DNA from: an uncultured delta proteobacterium
GTDB lineage: Bacteria; Myxococcota_A; Polyangia; Fen-1088
DNA: 64,000 nt
Assembly: GCA_963767925.1 (NCBI GenBank)
Contig: CAVYGB010000002.1
Coordinates: 2,112,001-2,176,000, forward strand
Reading direction: 5' to 3'
Part shown: piece after piece, positions 40,082-49,951 of the stretch
Layout of the letters: each line of letters starts with the position of its first letter
Numbering within the stretch: position 1 is the first letter of the stretch
Made by a program: the position numbers and the translations under genes
The notes under the pieces: model-generated
What the model saw: the letters and a program-made list of their open reading frames with translations, nothing else
What the model was told of the DNA's origin: nothing
The model's database searches: none

Positions 40082-42526
40082 GTGATCTTGCTCGGAGACC
40101 TGCGTCTGGCTCTCAGGAGGCTGCTTCGGCAGCCAAGCTTCACGTTCGTGACGGTCTCCATCTTGGCGCTCGGCCTGGGGGCGACCACGGCCATGTTCTC
40201 GGTGATGAATGAGGCCATGTTCAGACCCCTTCCTTACCCGCGCCCGAACGCCCTGGTGCAGCTACGGGTGGAAGTGGGCGGGCCGGAGGCGAGCGTGAAC
40301 CGCCTGTCGCCCTTCGTCTTTCGCCACCTACGCGAGCACAACCAGGTGCTCGCGGGCATCGCGGCCGTCGCCGACAGTCAAATCGGGCTCTCGTACGCGG
40401 GCCAGCCGCCGGAAACCGAGGTCACGCTCATGAACGTCACCGCTGACTTCTTTCCCATGTTGGGGATGCCGGCGGCTCTTGGGCGGGTGCCTTCTCCGGA
40501 CGAGGACCAGGAGGGGCGGAATCAGGTCGTGGTGCTCAGCGATCGACTGTGGCGTCAGCAATTCGGGGGCGACCCGGCGGTGCTGGGCAAGTCTCTCCAG
40601 CTCGGCACGCAAATCGTGACGGTGATTGGAGTGATGCCCCTGCAATTCACGGATCCGATGCGCCGCCGGACCCGGGCCGACCTGTGGCAGCCCTTCGGTT
40701 TGCCCGCGGTCAGTATGAATCCCAAGAACACCGCAAATCTGACGGTCTGGGCCCGGCTCAAGCCAGGTGTGAGCAGCAAAGCCGCCGCGGCTCATCTGAC
40801 CGGGTTGCTCGGCAATCTCGGGGACGGGCAAGCGCGCTGGGCGTCGATGAGGTCTCTAGGCGACGATTCAGCCCTGGAGGGGGAAAGCCTGAGCGGCATC
40901 CGGTTTACCACGGGCCTGTCGGTGTTCGTGCTCTTCATCGCGAGCGTCAATCTGGCGGGACTTCAGCTGGCCCGATTGGCCGCCCGGGGCCACGAGCAGG
41001 CAATCCGCGTCGCGCTCGGGGCTAGCCGCCTCCGTCTGATGCGGGAGACGTTCGCCGAGAGCCTCCTGTTGAGCGTGATGGGAGGGGCTCTGGGGCTTCT
41101 GTTGTCAAACTGGTGCACGGCTCTTTTCGCCAGCCGGCTGGAACTCACAAATGGCCCCCGGGCGGTCGGGTTTTCTGTGGGGGTCGATTGGCGCGTGTGG
41201 ACCTTCGCGGGCATCAGCGTGCTGGTAGTTGCGCTCATCGTGGGGACCGCTCCGGCGTGGCTGCGGGGACGCGAGCAGCTGGCTCAGACTTTGCGGAAGG
41301 GTGCCCGGGGCGCGACCGATCGCGGACAGCCGCGTCTGAAAACATCGCTGGTGGTGGTGCAAATGGCCATGGCACTGGTGTTGTTGATGGGCGGCGGTCT
41401 GTTCGTTCGGGGGCTGGAGCGACTGGCCGCGGCAAACCCGGGCTGGCAGGTGGACGACCTGCTGTTCGGTGAAGTGACGCTCAAGGGCGAGCGCTACAAG
41501 CAGCCCGCGGATCGCGTGGCCTACGGGGAAAACTTGCAACGACAAGTGGGCGCCTTGCCCGGTGTCACCGGCGTTGCCCTGGCAGACTCCTTGCCGTACA
41601 AACGCCCGGAGACGGTGTTGAGCTTGAAGGTCGAAGGTCTTGCCGCTACGCCTCGCCGGCTCCGCAGTGAGATCGTCGGAGTTTCCAGCGACTACTTCAG
41701 CGCGCTCGGTATAGACGTCCGCGAGGGCCGGGGGCTTGGTCGCCAGGATGTCCTCAACGGCCTGCCCGTGGTGGTGGTCAACGACGCCATGGCGCGTGAT
41801 CTGTGGCCCGGGGCGAGCCCCATCGGCAAGCGGGTCTCGTTGGGCTGGGACAATCCGGACGTTTTGGCTCCGTTCAAGGCCTGGAAAGTGGTCGTCGGTG
41901 TCGTCGCGACCGTCGGCCATCCGGGAGACGTCGAGGATCCCAATACCCCATATCAGGCATATTATCCGTTCGGGCAGTTTCCCGGATCGGGGATCCATCT
42001 GGCCGTCCGGGCCAAAGGGCCTCCCGAGGCGCTCATCGGGGCGGTCCGGCACGCAGTGGCCCAGGTGGATCCCAACCTGCAGCTCAAGCGCCCGATCGGC
42101 GCTCGTTCGCTCATCGAGCGGGAACTCTCGAACTTCCGGGTCTTCGCCTGGGCGATCGTTGGTTTTGCCGGACTTGGGCTTCTGCTCGCCTCCCTCGGGA
42201 TCTACGGTCTGTTCTCGGGCTTGGTGACCGAGCAGACCCGTGAGATCGGGGTGCGCATGGCCATCGGCGCTACCCGCCGCCAGGTCGTGTGGCTAGTCCT
42301 TCGCAAGGGCCTGCGGATCGCCGGAATCGGCGCGCTCGTGGGTATAGTGGCTGCCATGGCGGTCGTGCCGATGTTGCGCTCGGTCGCATACGGCCTGCCA
42401 CCGCACGAGCCACACCTGGTTCTGCTGCTCGCTTTGTTGCTGACGGGTGTGGCGGTGTTTGCGTGCTGGATCCCCGCACGCCGGGCTTCCCGGCTCGATC
42501 CCGTGAACGCCATCCGGCAAGACTGA
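40082..42526 (+). CDS. ADOP-type duplicated ABC permease (MacB/FtsX)
   Basis: DLRLALRRLLRQPSFT, REIGVRMAIGA, PARRASRLDPVNAIRQD; two FtsX halves. Confidence 0.92.
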   Translation: MILLGDLRLALRRLLRQPSFTFVTVSILALGLGATTAMFSVMNEAMFRPLPYPRPNALVQLRVEVGGPEASVNRLSPFVFRHLREHNQVLAGIAAVADSQIGLSYAGQPPETEVTLMNVTADFFPMLGMPAALGRVPSPDEDQEGRNQVVVLSDRLWRQQFGGDPAVLGKSLQLGTQIVTVIGVMPLQFTDPMRRRTRADLWQPFGLPAVSMNPKNTANLTVWARLKPGVSSKAAAAHLTGLLGNLGDGQARWASMRSLGDDSALEGESLSGIRFTTGLSVFVLFIASVNLAGLQLARLAARGHEQAIRVALGASRLRLMRETFAESLLLSVMGGALGLLLSNWCTALFASRLELTNGPRAVGFSVGVDWRVWTFAGISVLVVALIVGTAPAWLRGREQLAQTLRKGARGATDRGQPRLKTSLVVVQMAMALVLLMGGGLFVRGLERLAAANPGWQVDDLLFGEVTLKGERYKQPADRVAYGENLQRQVGALPGVTGVALADSLPYKRPETVLSLKVEGLAATPRRLRSEIVGVSSDYFSALGIDVREGRGLGRQDVLNGLPVVVVNDAMARDLWPGASPIGKRVSLGWDNPDVLAPFKAWKVVVGVVATVGHPGDVEDPNTPYQAYYPFGQFPGSGIHLAVRAKGPPEALIGAVRHAVAQVDPNLQLKRPIGARSLIERELSNFRVFAWAIVGFAGLGLLLASLGIYGLFSGLVTEQTREIGVRMAIGATRRQVVWLVLRKGLRIAGIGALVGIVAAMAVVPMLRSVAYGLPPHEPHLVLLLALLLTGVAVFACWIPARRASRLDPVNAIRQD

Positions 42527-42645
42527 AAGGCCTGGCGCCGAGGGGCCGCGCGCGCTCGCTCGCGACTCGCGCCCCAAGATACGCGGCGGGCTGACCAGGG
42601 GACGTAGCATTGTGCGGCGGCTCGGATGCCGATCGCCGGATCATA

Positions 42646-43338
42646 ATGCCGAGAATGGATCGGCCCAGCAGGCCCGGCACCGAGGGAGACGACTGCAGCG
42701 CGGTCATTCTGCTTGCCCGTCAAATCCTCGGCGATCACGCCAAGGCGGTGGCGGATCTGGCAGGTTCCGTTGGCGCCCGGTTCGAGTTTGCGGTCGACCT
42801 CATCGCAGGCTGCGCGAATCGGCTAGTCCTGACCGGCGTGGGCAAGTCTGGCGTCGTGGCCAGACAGATCTCAGCCACCTTCGTCCGTACCGGCATGCCT
42901 AGCCTGTTCGTGCATCCGACCGATGCGGCTCATGGTGATCTGGGGGCCATCGCGGGCGACGATCTCGTGCTCGCCGTCTCCAGCTCGGGGCGGACGGAGG
43001 AGCTCCTCAGCCTGGTGCCCCACCTGCGCAGGCGATGCCGGGCCATCCTGGCGATTGTTGGCGACGAAAGGTCGCCGCTCGGAAGGGAAGCTGATCTTGC
43101 GCTCGAGGTGGCGGTCGCGGATGACGTCATGGTGGCGGCGCCCATGGCCTCCAGCGTGGCGACGCTGGCCCTCGCCGATGCTCTGGCGGTCTCGGTCATG
43201 CAACGACGTGCGTTGCCCAGAGAGGTGCTGGCCCGGAACCATCCGGGCGGGTCGCGCGGCGCTCTGGCCCGTCTCGCTGCAGAACTGGAGACGGCGCCTG
43301 GCCCGCCCAGCCGTGGGGCGGGAGGAGCGGCGGGTTGA
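42646..43338 (+). CDS. kpsF: Arabinose-5-phosphate isomerase (KpsF/GutQ), SIS domain only
   Basis: TGVGKSG, HPTDAAHGDLG, SSSGRTEE, NHPGG; no CBS pair. Confidence 0.85.
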   Translation: MPRMDRPSRPGTEGDDCSAVILLARQILGDHAKAVADLAGSVGARFEFAVDLIAGCANRLVLTGVGKSGVVARQISATFVRTGMPSLFVHPTDAAHGDLGAIAGDDLVLAVSSSGRTEELLSLVPHLRRRCRAILAIVGDERSPLGREADLALEVAVADDVMVAAPMASSVATLALADALAVSVMQRRALPREVLARNHPGGSRGALARLAAELETAPGPPSRGAGGAAG

Positions 43339-44207
43339 GCGTCGCGGGTGGCAGCGACTGGCCCCCGAGCGAGCCAGCCGCCCGCGTACGGGTGGGGGCG
43401 GTCGAGCTGAGCAACACCGGCCCACTGGCCATCATAGGAGGACTCAACGTCCTGGAGGACCAGGGCATGGTCAACGACGTTGCCAGCGCCTTCGTGGAGG
43501 AGACGCGGGCGGTCGGCCTACCCTTCATCTTCAAAGCCTCCTTCGACAAGGCCAACCGGAGCGCACCCGAGAGTCCCCGCGGCCCGGGACTGGCGGGGGG
43601 GCTGCACGTTCTCGCCGAAGTCAGGGCGCGCTTCCGCGTGCCGGTGCTCACGGACGTACACGAGGCTGGGCAGTGCCGGCCGGTGGCCGAGGTCGCGGAC
43701 GCGCTTCAAATCCCGGCGTTCCTCAGCCGCCAGACCGACCTCCTGCTCGCCGCGGCGGCCACGGGCCGTCCCCTGCACGTGAAGAAGATGCAGATGGCGG
43801 CGCCCTGGGACCTGGCTCACGTCGTGCGAAAGTGCCTGCAAGGGGGCAACGACCAGATCCTGCTCTGTGAGCGGGGGACGTTCTTCGGCTACGGGAACCT
43901 GGTGGTCGACCCCCTGGCGTTTCCAGAGCTCAAGAAGATCGGCTGCCCGGTGACCTTCGATGTTACCCACGCGCTGCAGCTCCCGGGAGCGAGGGGCTCC
44001 GCCGCCGGAGGACGGGCCGAACACACCGCTTCTCTGGCCCTGGCCGGGGTCTCGCAGGGCATCGCGGGCCTGTTCCTGGAGGTTCACCCGGAGCCGTCAC
44101 AGGCCCTGTGCGACGGGCCGTCGGCGCTGCCGCTGGCACAACTTTCCACACTTCTGCGCAAGGTCAAGCTGCTGGACAACTTGGTCAAGGGCGCCCTGTC
44201 CAAATGA
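43335..44207 (+). CDS. kdsA: KDO-8-phosphate synthase
   Basis: FKASFDKANRS, TDVHE, QIPAFLSRQTDLL, CERG, FDVTHALQ, FLEVHP, CDGP. Confidence 0.95.
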   Translation: MSVAGGSDWPPSEPAARVRVGAVELSNTGPLAIIGGLNVLEDQGMVNDVASAFVEETRAVGLPFIFKASFDKANRSAPESPRGPGLAGGLHVLAEVRARFRVPVLTDVHEAGQCRPVAEVADALQIPAFLSRQTDLLLAAAATGRPLHVKKMQMAAPWDLAHVVRKCLQGGNDQILLCERGTFFGYGNLVVDPLAFPELKKIGCPVTFDVTHALQLPGARGSAAGGRAEHTASLALAGVSQGIAGLFLEVHPEPSQALCDGPSALPLAQLSTLLRKVKLLDNLVKGALSK

Positions 44208-44241
44208 CCACTCGCTCGAAGCGGTCGTCACGGTGAAGAAC

Positions 44242-44949
44242 ATGGAAGGGAACCTGCCGCGCGTCTTCATTGGCTACGACAGCAAGCAGGACATCGCCTA
44301 CCACGTCCTACGGTATTCGATCCTCAGGCACACCTCCCAACCTCTCGACGTGAGGCCGATCGTGCTTTCGGAGCTGCAGTTTCCGCGTCAGCCCGACCCG
44401 CTGGCCTCGACGGAGTTCACCTACACGCGGTTCCTGGTCCCCTACCTGTGCGGCTTCTCCGGGCGCGCGCTGTTCATGGACTCCGACATGTTGTGTCTGG
44501 GTGATCTGAGCGAGTTGTTCCGGCTCGGCCTCGATCCCTGCTGGATCCGGGTAGTCAAGCACGACCACCGCCCTCTCGACGGCGTGAAGATGGACGGCCG
44601 CGCTCAACGGAGCTACCCGCGCAAGAACTGGTCGAGCCTCATGCTGATGGACTGCGAGAAGCTCACTGCCTGGAGCTACGAGAACGTGCTGGGAAAGTCA
44701 GGTGCCTGGCTGCACCGCTTCGAGCCGATCCCGGACGAGCGACTGGGGGAGCTCCCTTCAGAATGGAACGTCCTCGACCGGTACGACCATCATACGAAGA
44801 TGATCCACTACACGATGGGAGGGCCCTGGCTGCCCAACTATCGCAATCATCCCTACGGTGACATCTGGTTTCAGTACCGGGGCGAGGCAATCCGTGGGGG
44901 CGCGGTCACAACCGGTAGCCAAACGACGCGGGCCCAGTTGCATGGCTGA
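44242..44949 (+). CDS. GT8-like glycosyltransferase, copy 1
   Basis: VFIGYDS, STEFTYTRFLVP, FMDSDML, YPRKNWSS, IHYTMGGPW. Confidence 0.85.
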   Translation: MEGNLPRVFIGYDSKQDIAYHVLRYSILRHTSQPLDVRPIVLSELQFPRQPDPLASTEFTYTRFLVPYLCGFSGRALFMDSDMLCLGDLSELFRLGLDPCWIRVVKHDHRPLDGVKMDGRAQRSYPRKNWSSLMLMDCEKLTAWSYENVLGKSGAWLHRFEPIPDERLGELPSEWNVLDRYDHHTKMIHYTMGGPWLPNYRNHPYGDIWFQYRGEAIRGGAVTTGSQTTRAQLHG

Positions 44950-45652
44950 GCGAAAATTCTCTCCGGAGAGGAATCTGGAGCGCATCGCCGCTCTGCGCGG
45001 GCGCTTCGCAGGAGAACAATGCGTGGTGCTCTGCACCGGACCCTCGGTTCGGGACGCCGATTTGTCACTCATCGAGAAGCACCCGTTCGTCATGGGCGTG
45101 AATGGTTGCTATTTGCTCCGCAACAATTTGCGCTTCTACTTCGTCTCGAACCCATGGTTCGTTCACAACAACTCCGCCCGGATCGCCCAGATCGATACTG
45201 AGCGCATCTTCGTTCCCTGGTCATCTGCTGACGACTGTCTAGCCGCTGACATCGACGAGGAACGGCTGATCTTCTACGAGCTGAAGGACTATCTCATCAC
45301 CACGGAGATCACGACCGACCTCACCAGCCGGTTGCCACACGGCCCCCCCGTATTGCTGGCCATCGTGCTGCCCGCCCTAGTGTGGTGTGGGTTCCAGGAG
45401 GTCTTGCTGATCGGAGCAGACTTCCCGGTGCACGGCTACTCGCGCTTTCACACCGGGAATCGGGACGCACCCCGGCACGGGGCGAAGCCGCTCCACTTCT
45501 ACGAGGCCGAGATGGAGATAGGTCGATTTCGGGCATCCCTCTGGGCCCAGTACCTCCGCGAGAACCATCCCACCATGCGGGTGCTGAACTGTTCGCCGCG
45601 CTCCGAGCTCGAGGCGTTCGAGCGTGCCGATCTCCGCCAGGCGGTCCGGTGA
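44942..45652 (+). CDS. MAF/DUF115-like (sialyl/ulosonyl-transferase-like) protein
   Basis: CVVLCTGPSV, MGVNG, GFQEVLLIGADF, VLNCSPRS. Confidence 0.6.
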   Translation: MAERKFSPERNLERIAALRGRFAGEQCVVLCTGPSVRDADLSLIEKHPFVMGVNGCYLLRNNLRFYFVSNPWFVHNNSARIAQIDTERIFVPWSSADDCLAADIDEERLIFYELKDYLITTEITTDLTSRLPHGPPVLLAIVLPALVWCGFQEVLLIGADFPVHGYSRFHTGNRDAPRHGAKPLHFYEAEMEIGRFRASLWAQYLRENHPTMRVLNCSPRSELEAFERADLRQAVR

Positions 45653-46374
45653 GCAATCGTCTGACCAAGCTGGCGGTCATTCCTGCACGCATGGCATCCG
45701 TGCGGTTGCCTGGCAAGCCGCTGTTGCCCATCTCCGGAACCCCGATGCTGGAACGGGTGTACCGTCAGGCAGCGCTCTGCCGGCAACTCGACCGGGTGGT
45801 GGTGGCCACCGAGGACGAGGAGATCGTGTCGTTCTGCCGCGCGCGGGACATACCCGTGGAGCTCACGGCCCGTCACCCTTCGGGGACCGACCGCGTGGTC
45901 GAGCTCTCCGAGCGCCTGAAGGCCGACCTCTTCGTCAACATACAAGGTGATCAGCCCATGCTGGATCCTCGGCAAGTGGACATCCTCTTGAGCGTCTTCC
46001 AGCGCCGCCCGGAGGCGTCCGTGTCGACGCTGGTGGCTCCCCTGGCCGACGACAAGGCGTTCTCGCCCCATGTCGTCAAGGTCGTGCTGGCGTCGGATGG
46101 GCGGGCGCTGTATTTCTCCCGAGCCCTGGTACCCCATGGCGCGACTGCCCGGCGCTGGCAACACATTGGCCTCTATGCGTACACGGCTGCCGCTCTGGCG
46201 ACCTTCAAGCGGAAGGGTCCCTCCCTGCTCGAGGGGGTCGAGAGCCTCGAACAACTCCGCTTTCTGGAGGCCGGTGTCCCCATCCACACCGCCCCCACCG
46301 AGATCGTCACGCCGAGCGTCGACACGCAGGATGATCTCAGGTTCGTGGAGCGACAGCTGGAGACAGAGGCCTGA
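45649..46374 (+). CDS. kdsB: CMP-Kdo synthetase
   Basis: IPARMASVRLPGKPL, SGTDR, NIQGDQP, ALYFSR, HIGLYAY, ESLEQLRFL. Confidence 0.95.
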   Translation: MSNRLTKLAVIPARMASVRLPGKPLLPISGTPMLERVYRQAALCRQLDRVVVATEDEEIVSFCRARDIPVELTARHPSGTDRVVELSERLKADLFVNIQGDQPMLDPRQVDILLSVFQRRPEASVSTLVAPLADDKAFSPHVVKVVLASDGRALYFSRALVPHGATARRWQHIGLYAYTAAALATFKRKGPSLLEGVESLEQLRFLEAGVPIHTAPTEIVTPSVDTQDDLRFVERQLETEA

Positions 46375-47330
46375 TGGCGTCGCGCCGCTCTCGAGCCTGC
46401 ATCGTGACCACGGTTCGCGATCCCGGACCCTCGCTGGTGTCCTTCCTGCAGTACCACCGACGAATCGGGTTCGATCACATCTTCGTATTCTTCGACGACC
46501 CCCACGATCCCTGGCTAGCGGTCGCTCGGAGCCATCCGGACGTGACGGCGCTGCCGTGTACCCCTGAGTTGAGGCAGCAGCAACGGGCCCGAGTCGAGGG
46601 GTTCGAGGCTCAGGCTCCGCTGCTCGACAGCGACGTGATGGCTCGGCAGGTTCTCAACGCCGACCACGCCCTCTGGCTGGCGCGGGAGCGCGGCGCTGAC
46701 TGGCTCTTGCACCTGGACGTCGATGAGCTCTTCCTGGCGGTGGAGTCTGTGGACGCGCATTTCGCGAGCATCCCCGACCATGTTGGGCAGGCCCGCTACT
46801 TGAATTTCGAAGCTGCACCGCAGGTCATGGAGATGGCGGACCACTTCCGCAGTGTCACGCTGTTCAAGGTCCACCCCGCGCTTTGCTCTCCCGGGGCTCT
46901 AGAAGGATGGCTGTCCGCGACCGGCCGCCGTTTTTTCTTCACGGCCTATGACAATGGCAAGGCGGCGGTCCGCGTGGTCCCTGGGGCTGCCGCCTGGGGC
47001 GTGCACCAGTTTGCGGGCCCGCCCGGCCTGCAGACCGTGCAGCTTGGATACCCGTGCGTCCTGCACTACGTGAACTGCGGCTTCGAGAACTACCAGCGAA
47101 AGTACCGCTTCATTCGGGAGTTCGCCGAGACGTGGTTCGATCGCTGGCCCCCGCTGCCGTTTCTGCGCGATTCGCGCGAGCTTGCCCTGAATGGAGACGC
47201 CGATGCTCAGCGACAGTTCTATCGCGAGAGCGTGATCTATTCGGATGAGCATGAGGTTCAAGACATGCTCGCGGCTGGGCTGGCAGTGAAGATCGGCCTG
47301 CCCAAAGCGTTGCTCGAGCAGCCCACTTGA
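46374..47330 (+). CDS. GT2-like glycosyltransferase (Glyco_tranf_2_4)
   Basis: YHRRIGFDHIFVFFDD, WLLHLDVDEL, GKAAVR, VLHY. Confidence 0.85.
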   Translation: MASRRSRACIVTTVRDPGPSLVSFLQYHRRIGFDHIFVFFDDPHDPWLAVARSHPDVTALPCTPELRQQQRARVEGFEAQAPLLDSDVMARQVLNADHALWLARERGADWLLHLDVDELFLAVESVDAHFASIPDHVGQARYLNFEAAPQVMEMADHFRSVTLFKVHPALCSPGALEGWLSATGRRFFFTAYDNGKAAVRVVPGAAAWGVHQFAGPPGLQTVQLGYPCVLHYVNCGFENYQRKYRFIREFAETWFDRWPPLPFLRDSRELALNGDADAQRQFYRESVIYSDEHEVQDMLAAGLAVKIGLPKALLEQPT

Positions 47331-47342
47331 TGGAAAATTGAC

Positions 47343-48041
47343 ATGGAAGCCACCAGCCCACCGCGCATCTTCATCGGTTACGACAGCCGGCAAGATATTG
47401 CCTATCAGGTCCTCCGGCACTCGATACTCAAACACACCTCCCGTCCCCTCGACATCCGCCCTCTCGTCCTGGCCGATCTGAAGTTCTCGCGCCCCATCGA
47501 TCCTCTGGCTTCCACCGAGTTCACGTATACCCGCTTCCTGGTTCCTTACCTGTGCGGCTACTCGGGGCGGGCGCTCTTCATGGACTCGGACATGCTTTGC
47601 CTGAGCGACCTGAGCGGGCTCTTCGAGCTGAGCATCGAGCCCTACTGGCTGCGGGTGGTCAAACACGACCAGCAGGCGGTCGACGGTGTGAAGATGAACG
47701 GTCGGCCGCAGCGCAACTACCCGCGCAAGAACTGGTCCAGTCTCATGCTCATGGATTGCACCAAGCTGACGGCCTGGAGCTACCAGAACGTGCTCAGCCA
47801 GTCGGGGGCCTGGCTGCACCGCTTCGAGCCAATCCCCGATGATCGGATCGGAGAGCTCCCGTCGGTGTGGAATGTGCTGGATCGTCAGGATCCGGACACC
47901 AAGATGATCCACTACACCGAGGGCGGGCCCTGGTTGCCCAATTACCGGAATCATCCGTTCGGGGCGATATGGTTCCAGTATCGAGACGAGGTGCTGGCGG
48001 TCGCCGGACAGGGGGACGCTTCATCGGTGGCGGGCGGGTGA
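47343..48041 (+). CDS. GT8-like glycosyltransferase, copy 2
   Basis: Close paralog of 44242-44949. Confidence 0.85.
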   Translation: MEATSPPRIFIGYDSRQDIAYQVLRHSILKHTSRPLDIRPLVLADLKFSRPIDPLASTEFTYTRFLVPYLCGYSGRALFMDSDMLCLSDLSGLFELSIEPYWLRVVKHDQQAVDGVKMNGRPQRNYPRKNWSSLMLMDCTKLTAWSYQNVLSQSGAWLHRFEPIPDDRIGELPSVWNVLDRQDPDTKMIHYTEGGPWLPNYRNHPFGAIWFQYRDEVLAVAGQGDASSVAGG

Positions 48042-48045
48042 CGGC

Positions 48046-49317
48046 GTGGACCAGAACCTGCCCGCAAACGTGCTGGAGCGGTCGCCGATCGCCCTGACCG
48101 GCGACCCGGACCGGCCAGAGCCGCCGGCTGCCCCGCCCCCGCCGCCCCCGCAGATCCGGGAGTTGCAGGATCTGGCCAACGTCATCGAACACCGCTGGCA
48201 GAGAGTCCATCGGGACGAGCGGAGGTTCACCGAGATCGCTCTCGAAGCCCTGGCTCGTTGCCCGGTCCACCGGCTGGACCTCGGCCAGCTCTTGGCCTGG
48301 GCCCTGACAGGGCCGCGGCTACCGACGCAGGCCGATCCCGACTCCAGCTTCGGCGAGCCATCTTTGACAGTGGTCAATCGGGACGGCTTCCAGGTCGATC
48401 TCCTTTTCTGGCTCGACGGGACCACCACCATCCACCAGCACCAGTTCTCCGGCGCTTTCCGGGTCGTGATGGGCTCCAGTCTTCACAGTGAGTTCTCCTT
48501 CACGCAACGCCAGCGAGTCAGCTCCCGTCTGTCTCTCGGGGACCTCACCTTCGACCGGGCCGAGCTGCTCGAGGAGGGGGATACGCGACCGATCCACGCC
48601 GGCGATCGCCTCATCCATTCCGTGTTTCATCTGGACCGGCCCTCCATGACGCTGGTCGTCCGCACCCGGCACGAGGTGGACGCGCTTCCTCAATTCGACT
48701 ACCTGCCGCCCGGGATAGGTATCGATCCGTCCCTCCGACCCACCAGCCTGCGAAAGCGGATCCAGCTCCTGCGCACGATGATGCGGCTCGATCATCCGGC
48801 CGTCGCCGAAGGGGTGCAGGGGCTATTCAAGGCGGCCGACCTGGAGACCGCCGCTCTGCTGCTCAGGTGCCCGGACATCTTCTCCGCGTTCGACGCCCGC
48901 AAGGAGCTTCTCGAGCAAAGAGGCCGTTTCGGGAGCGCGATGGACTGGCTGGTTCCGGCATATGACCATGCCCAGCGGATGAACGCGTTGGCGTTGTGGC
49001 GGCGAGTCCTGCGGTCGGTCGACCTGCGCCTGTTTCTCGGACTGACGCTCAATGTCCCCTCCCGCTCCGCGATCCTGAGCCTCATTCAGCAACGCTACGG
49101 TGGAAACCCGGTCGAGCTCGTGATGGGCTGGCTCAGGCAACTGGCCGAGCTGCAGCGGGGTGTTACCGAGGTCCAGCCGCTGATCGAGGGCGAGCTGACG
49201 GAAGCGGACCTGCAATCGCTGCAGAGTCTGCTGGATCGTCCGCGCGGCGCCTCGCTGGATCCCGACTCCCTGGGAAACCTCGGGCGCTCTCCGTTGCTCC
49301 GCCCCTTGCTGGCCTGA
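48046..49317 (+). CDS. Cupin/cysteine-dioxygenase-like protein with helical C-terminal domain
   Basis: TTIHQHQFSGAF and LIHSVFH give an HxH...H metal triad. Confidence 0.6.
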   Translation: MDQNLPANVLERSPIALTGDPDRPEPPAAPPPPPPQIRELQDLANVIEHRWQRVHRDERRFTEIALEALARCPVHRLDLGQLLAWALTGPRLPTQADPDSSFGEPSLTVVNRDGFQVDLLFWLDGTTTIHQHQFSGAFRVVMGSSLHSEFSFTQRQRVSSRLSLGDLTFDRAELLEEGDTRPIHAGDRLIHSVFHLDRPSMTLVVRTRHEVDALPQFDYLPPGIGIDPSLRPTSLRKRIQLLRTMMRLDHPAVAEGVQGLFKAADLETAALLLRCPDIFSAFDARKELLEQRGRFGSAMDWLVPAYDHAQRMNALALWRRVLRSVDLRLFLGLTLNVPSRSAILSLIQQRYGGNPVELVMGWLRQLAELQRGVTEVQPLIEGELTEADLQSLQSLLDRPRGASLDPDSLGNLGRSPLLRPLLA

Positions 49318-49355
49318 CCGCCTCCTGGGTGAGGCCGTCGGTTAGTTGGGGCGCG

Positions 49356-49377
49356 CAGCCTCCGGTCAAGGAGGCTG
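49356..49377. terminator. GC-rich hairpin between convergent genes
   Basis: CAGCCTCC-GGTCAA-GGAGGCTG; no U-tract. Confidence 0.4.
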
Positions 49378-49507
49378 GCGCTCCCCGCGTCGCGGTGCTA
49401 CTGGGCGCCGAGGCGCCCGGTCGAAGACACCCAGAACAGGGATGACCGGCGACGTGCGGCCAGCTGTGTCCGGGCTCTCATCATGGGGTCAACCCCTTCG
49501 CGTGGTG

Positions 49508-49678
49508 CTACCAGCCGCAGACGCTGGAGCAAGGCCCCATGGTCTCAGCCAGCGGAGTGCCGCTGCTGATACCCTTGGCCAGGTCGAGCAGGCGCTGCCG
49601 GAGTTCGGCACGCTGGTCGTCCGAAAGACCGGGGAGGGCGGCGCCCCGCGCGAGGTTGCTGTCGTTGCTGTCAGACAT
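49508..49678 (-). CDS. Small 56-aa peptide, RiPP-precursor-like (not in ORF track)
   Basis: MSDSNDSNLARGAALPGLSDDQRAELRQRLLDLAKGISSGTPLAETMGPCSSVCGW*; RBS AAAGGA 8 nt upstream. Confidence 0.7.
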   Translation of the reverse strand: MSDSNDSNLARGAALPGLSDDQRAELRQRLLDLAKGISSGTPLAETMGPCSSVCGW

Positions 49679-49716
49679 GTTTTCGATCCTTTCTTGCCTA
49701 CAAATAGGCGTTCTCG

Positions 49717-49746
49717 ACCGTAGCGGCGGTTGCGGTTTATTGTCAA
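49717..49746 (-). promoter_or_regulatory. Sigma70-like promoter for the 56-aa ORF
   Basis: Minus strand TTGACA, 18-bp spacer, TACGGT, in an AT-richer gap. Confidence 0.6.
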
Positions 49747-49951
49747 CGTCGATGCAGATGCCACGGCGACGTGCGGAACGCGCCGAATAGTGCGGGATAA
49801 CAAAGATTGCGGGTATTTAGGAAAGGATTCTTCGCTGGGCAATCAAGGCGCCGCAATTGGCAGCAGCACGGATCGACGAGGACCGCGACTCTCGCTGAGG
49901 CTTCTCGGGAGGAGCGCCGAGGGTGACGTGGGGTCCCTGGGAGCTGAGGCT

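Noticed and set aside
49398..49484. 28-aa ORF downstream of the 56-aa peptide
   Set aside because: Arg-rich with no motif; its putative RBS sits in a GGGG-TTGA-CCCC hairpin
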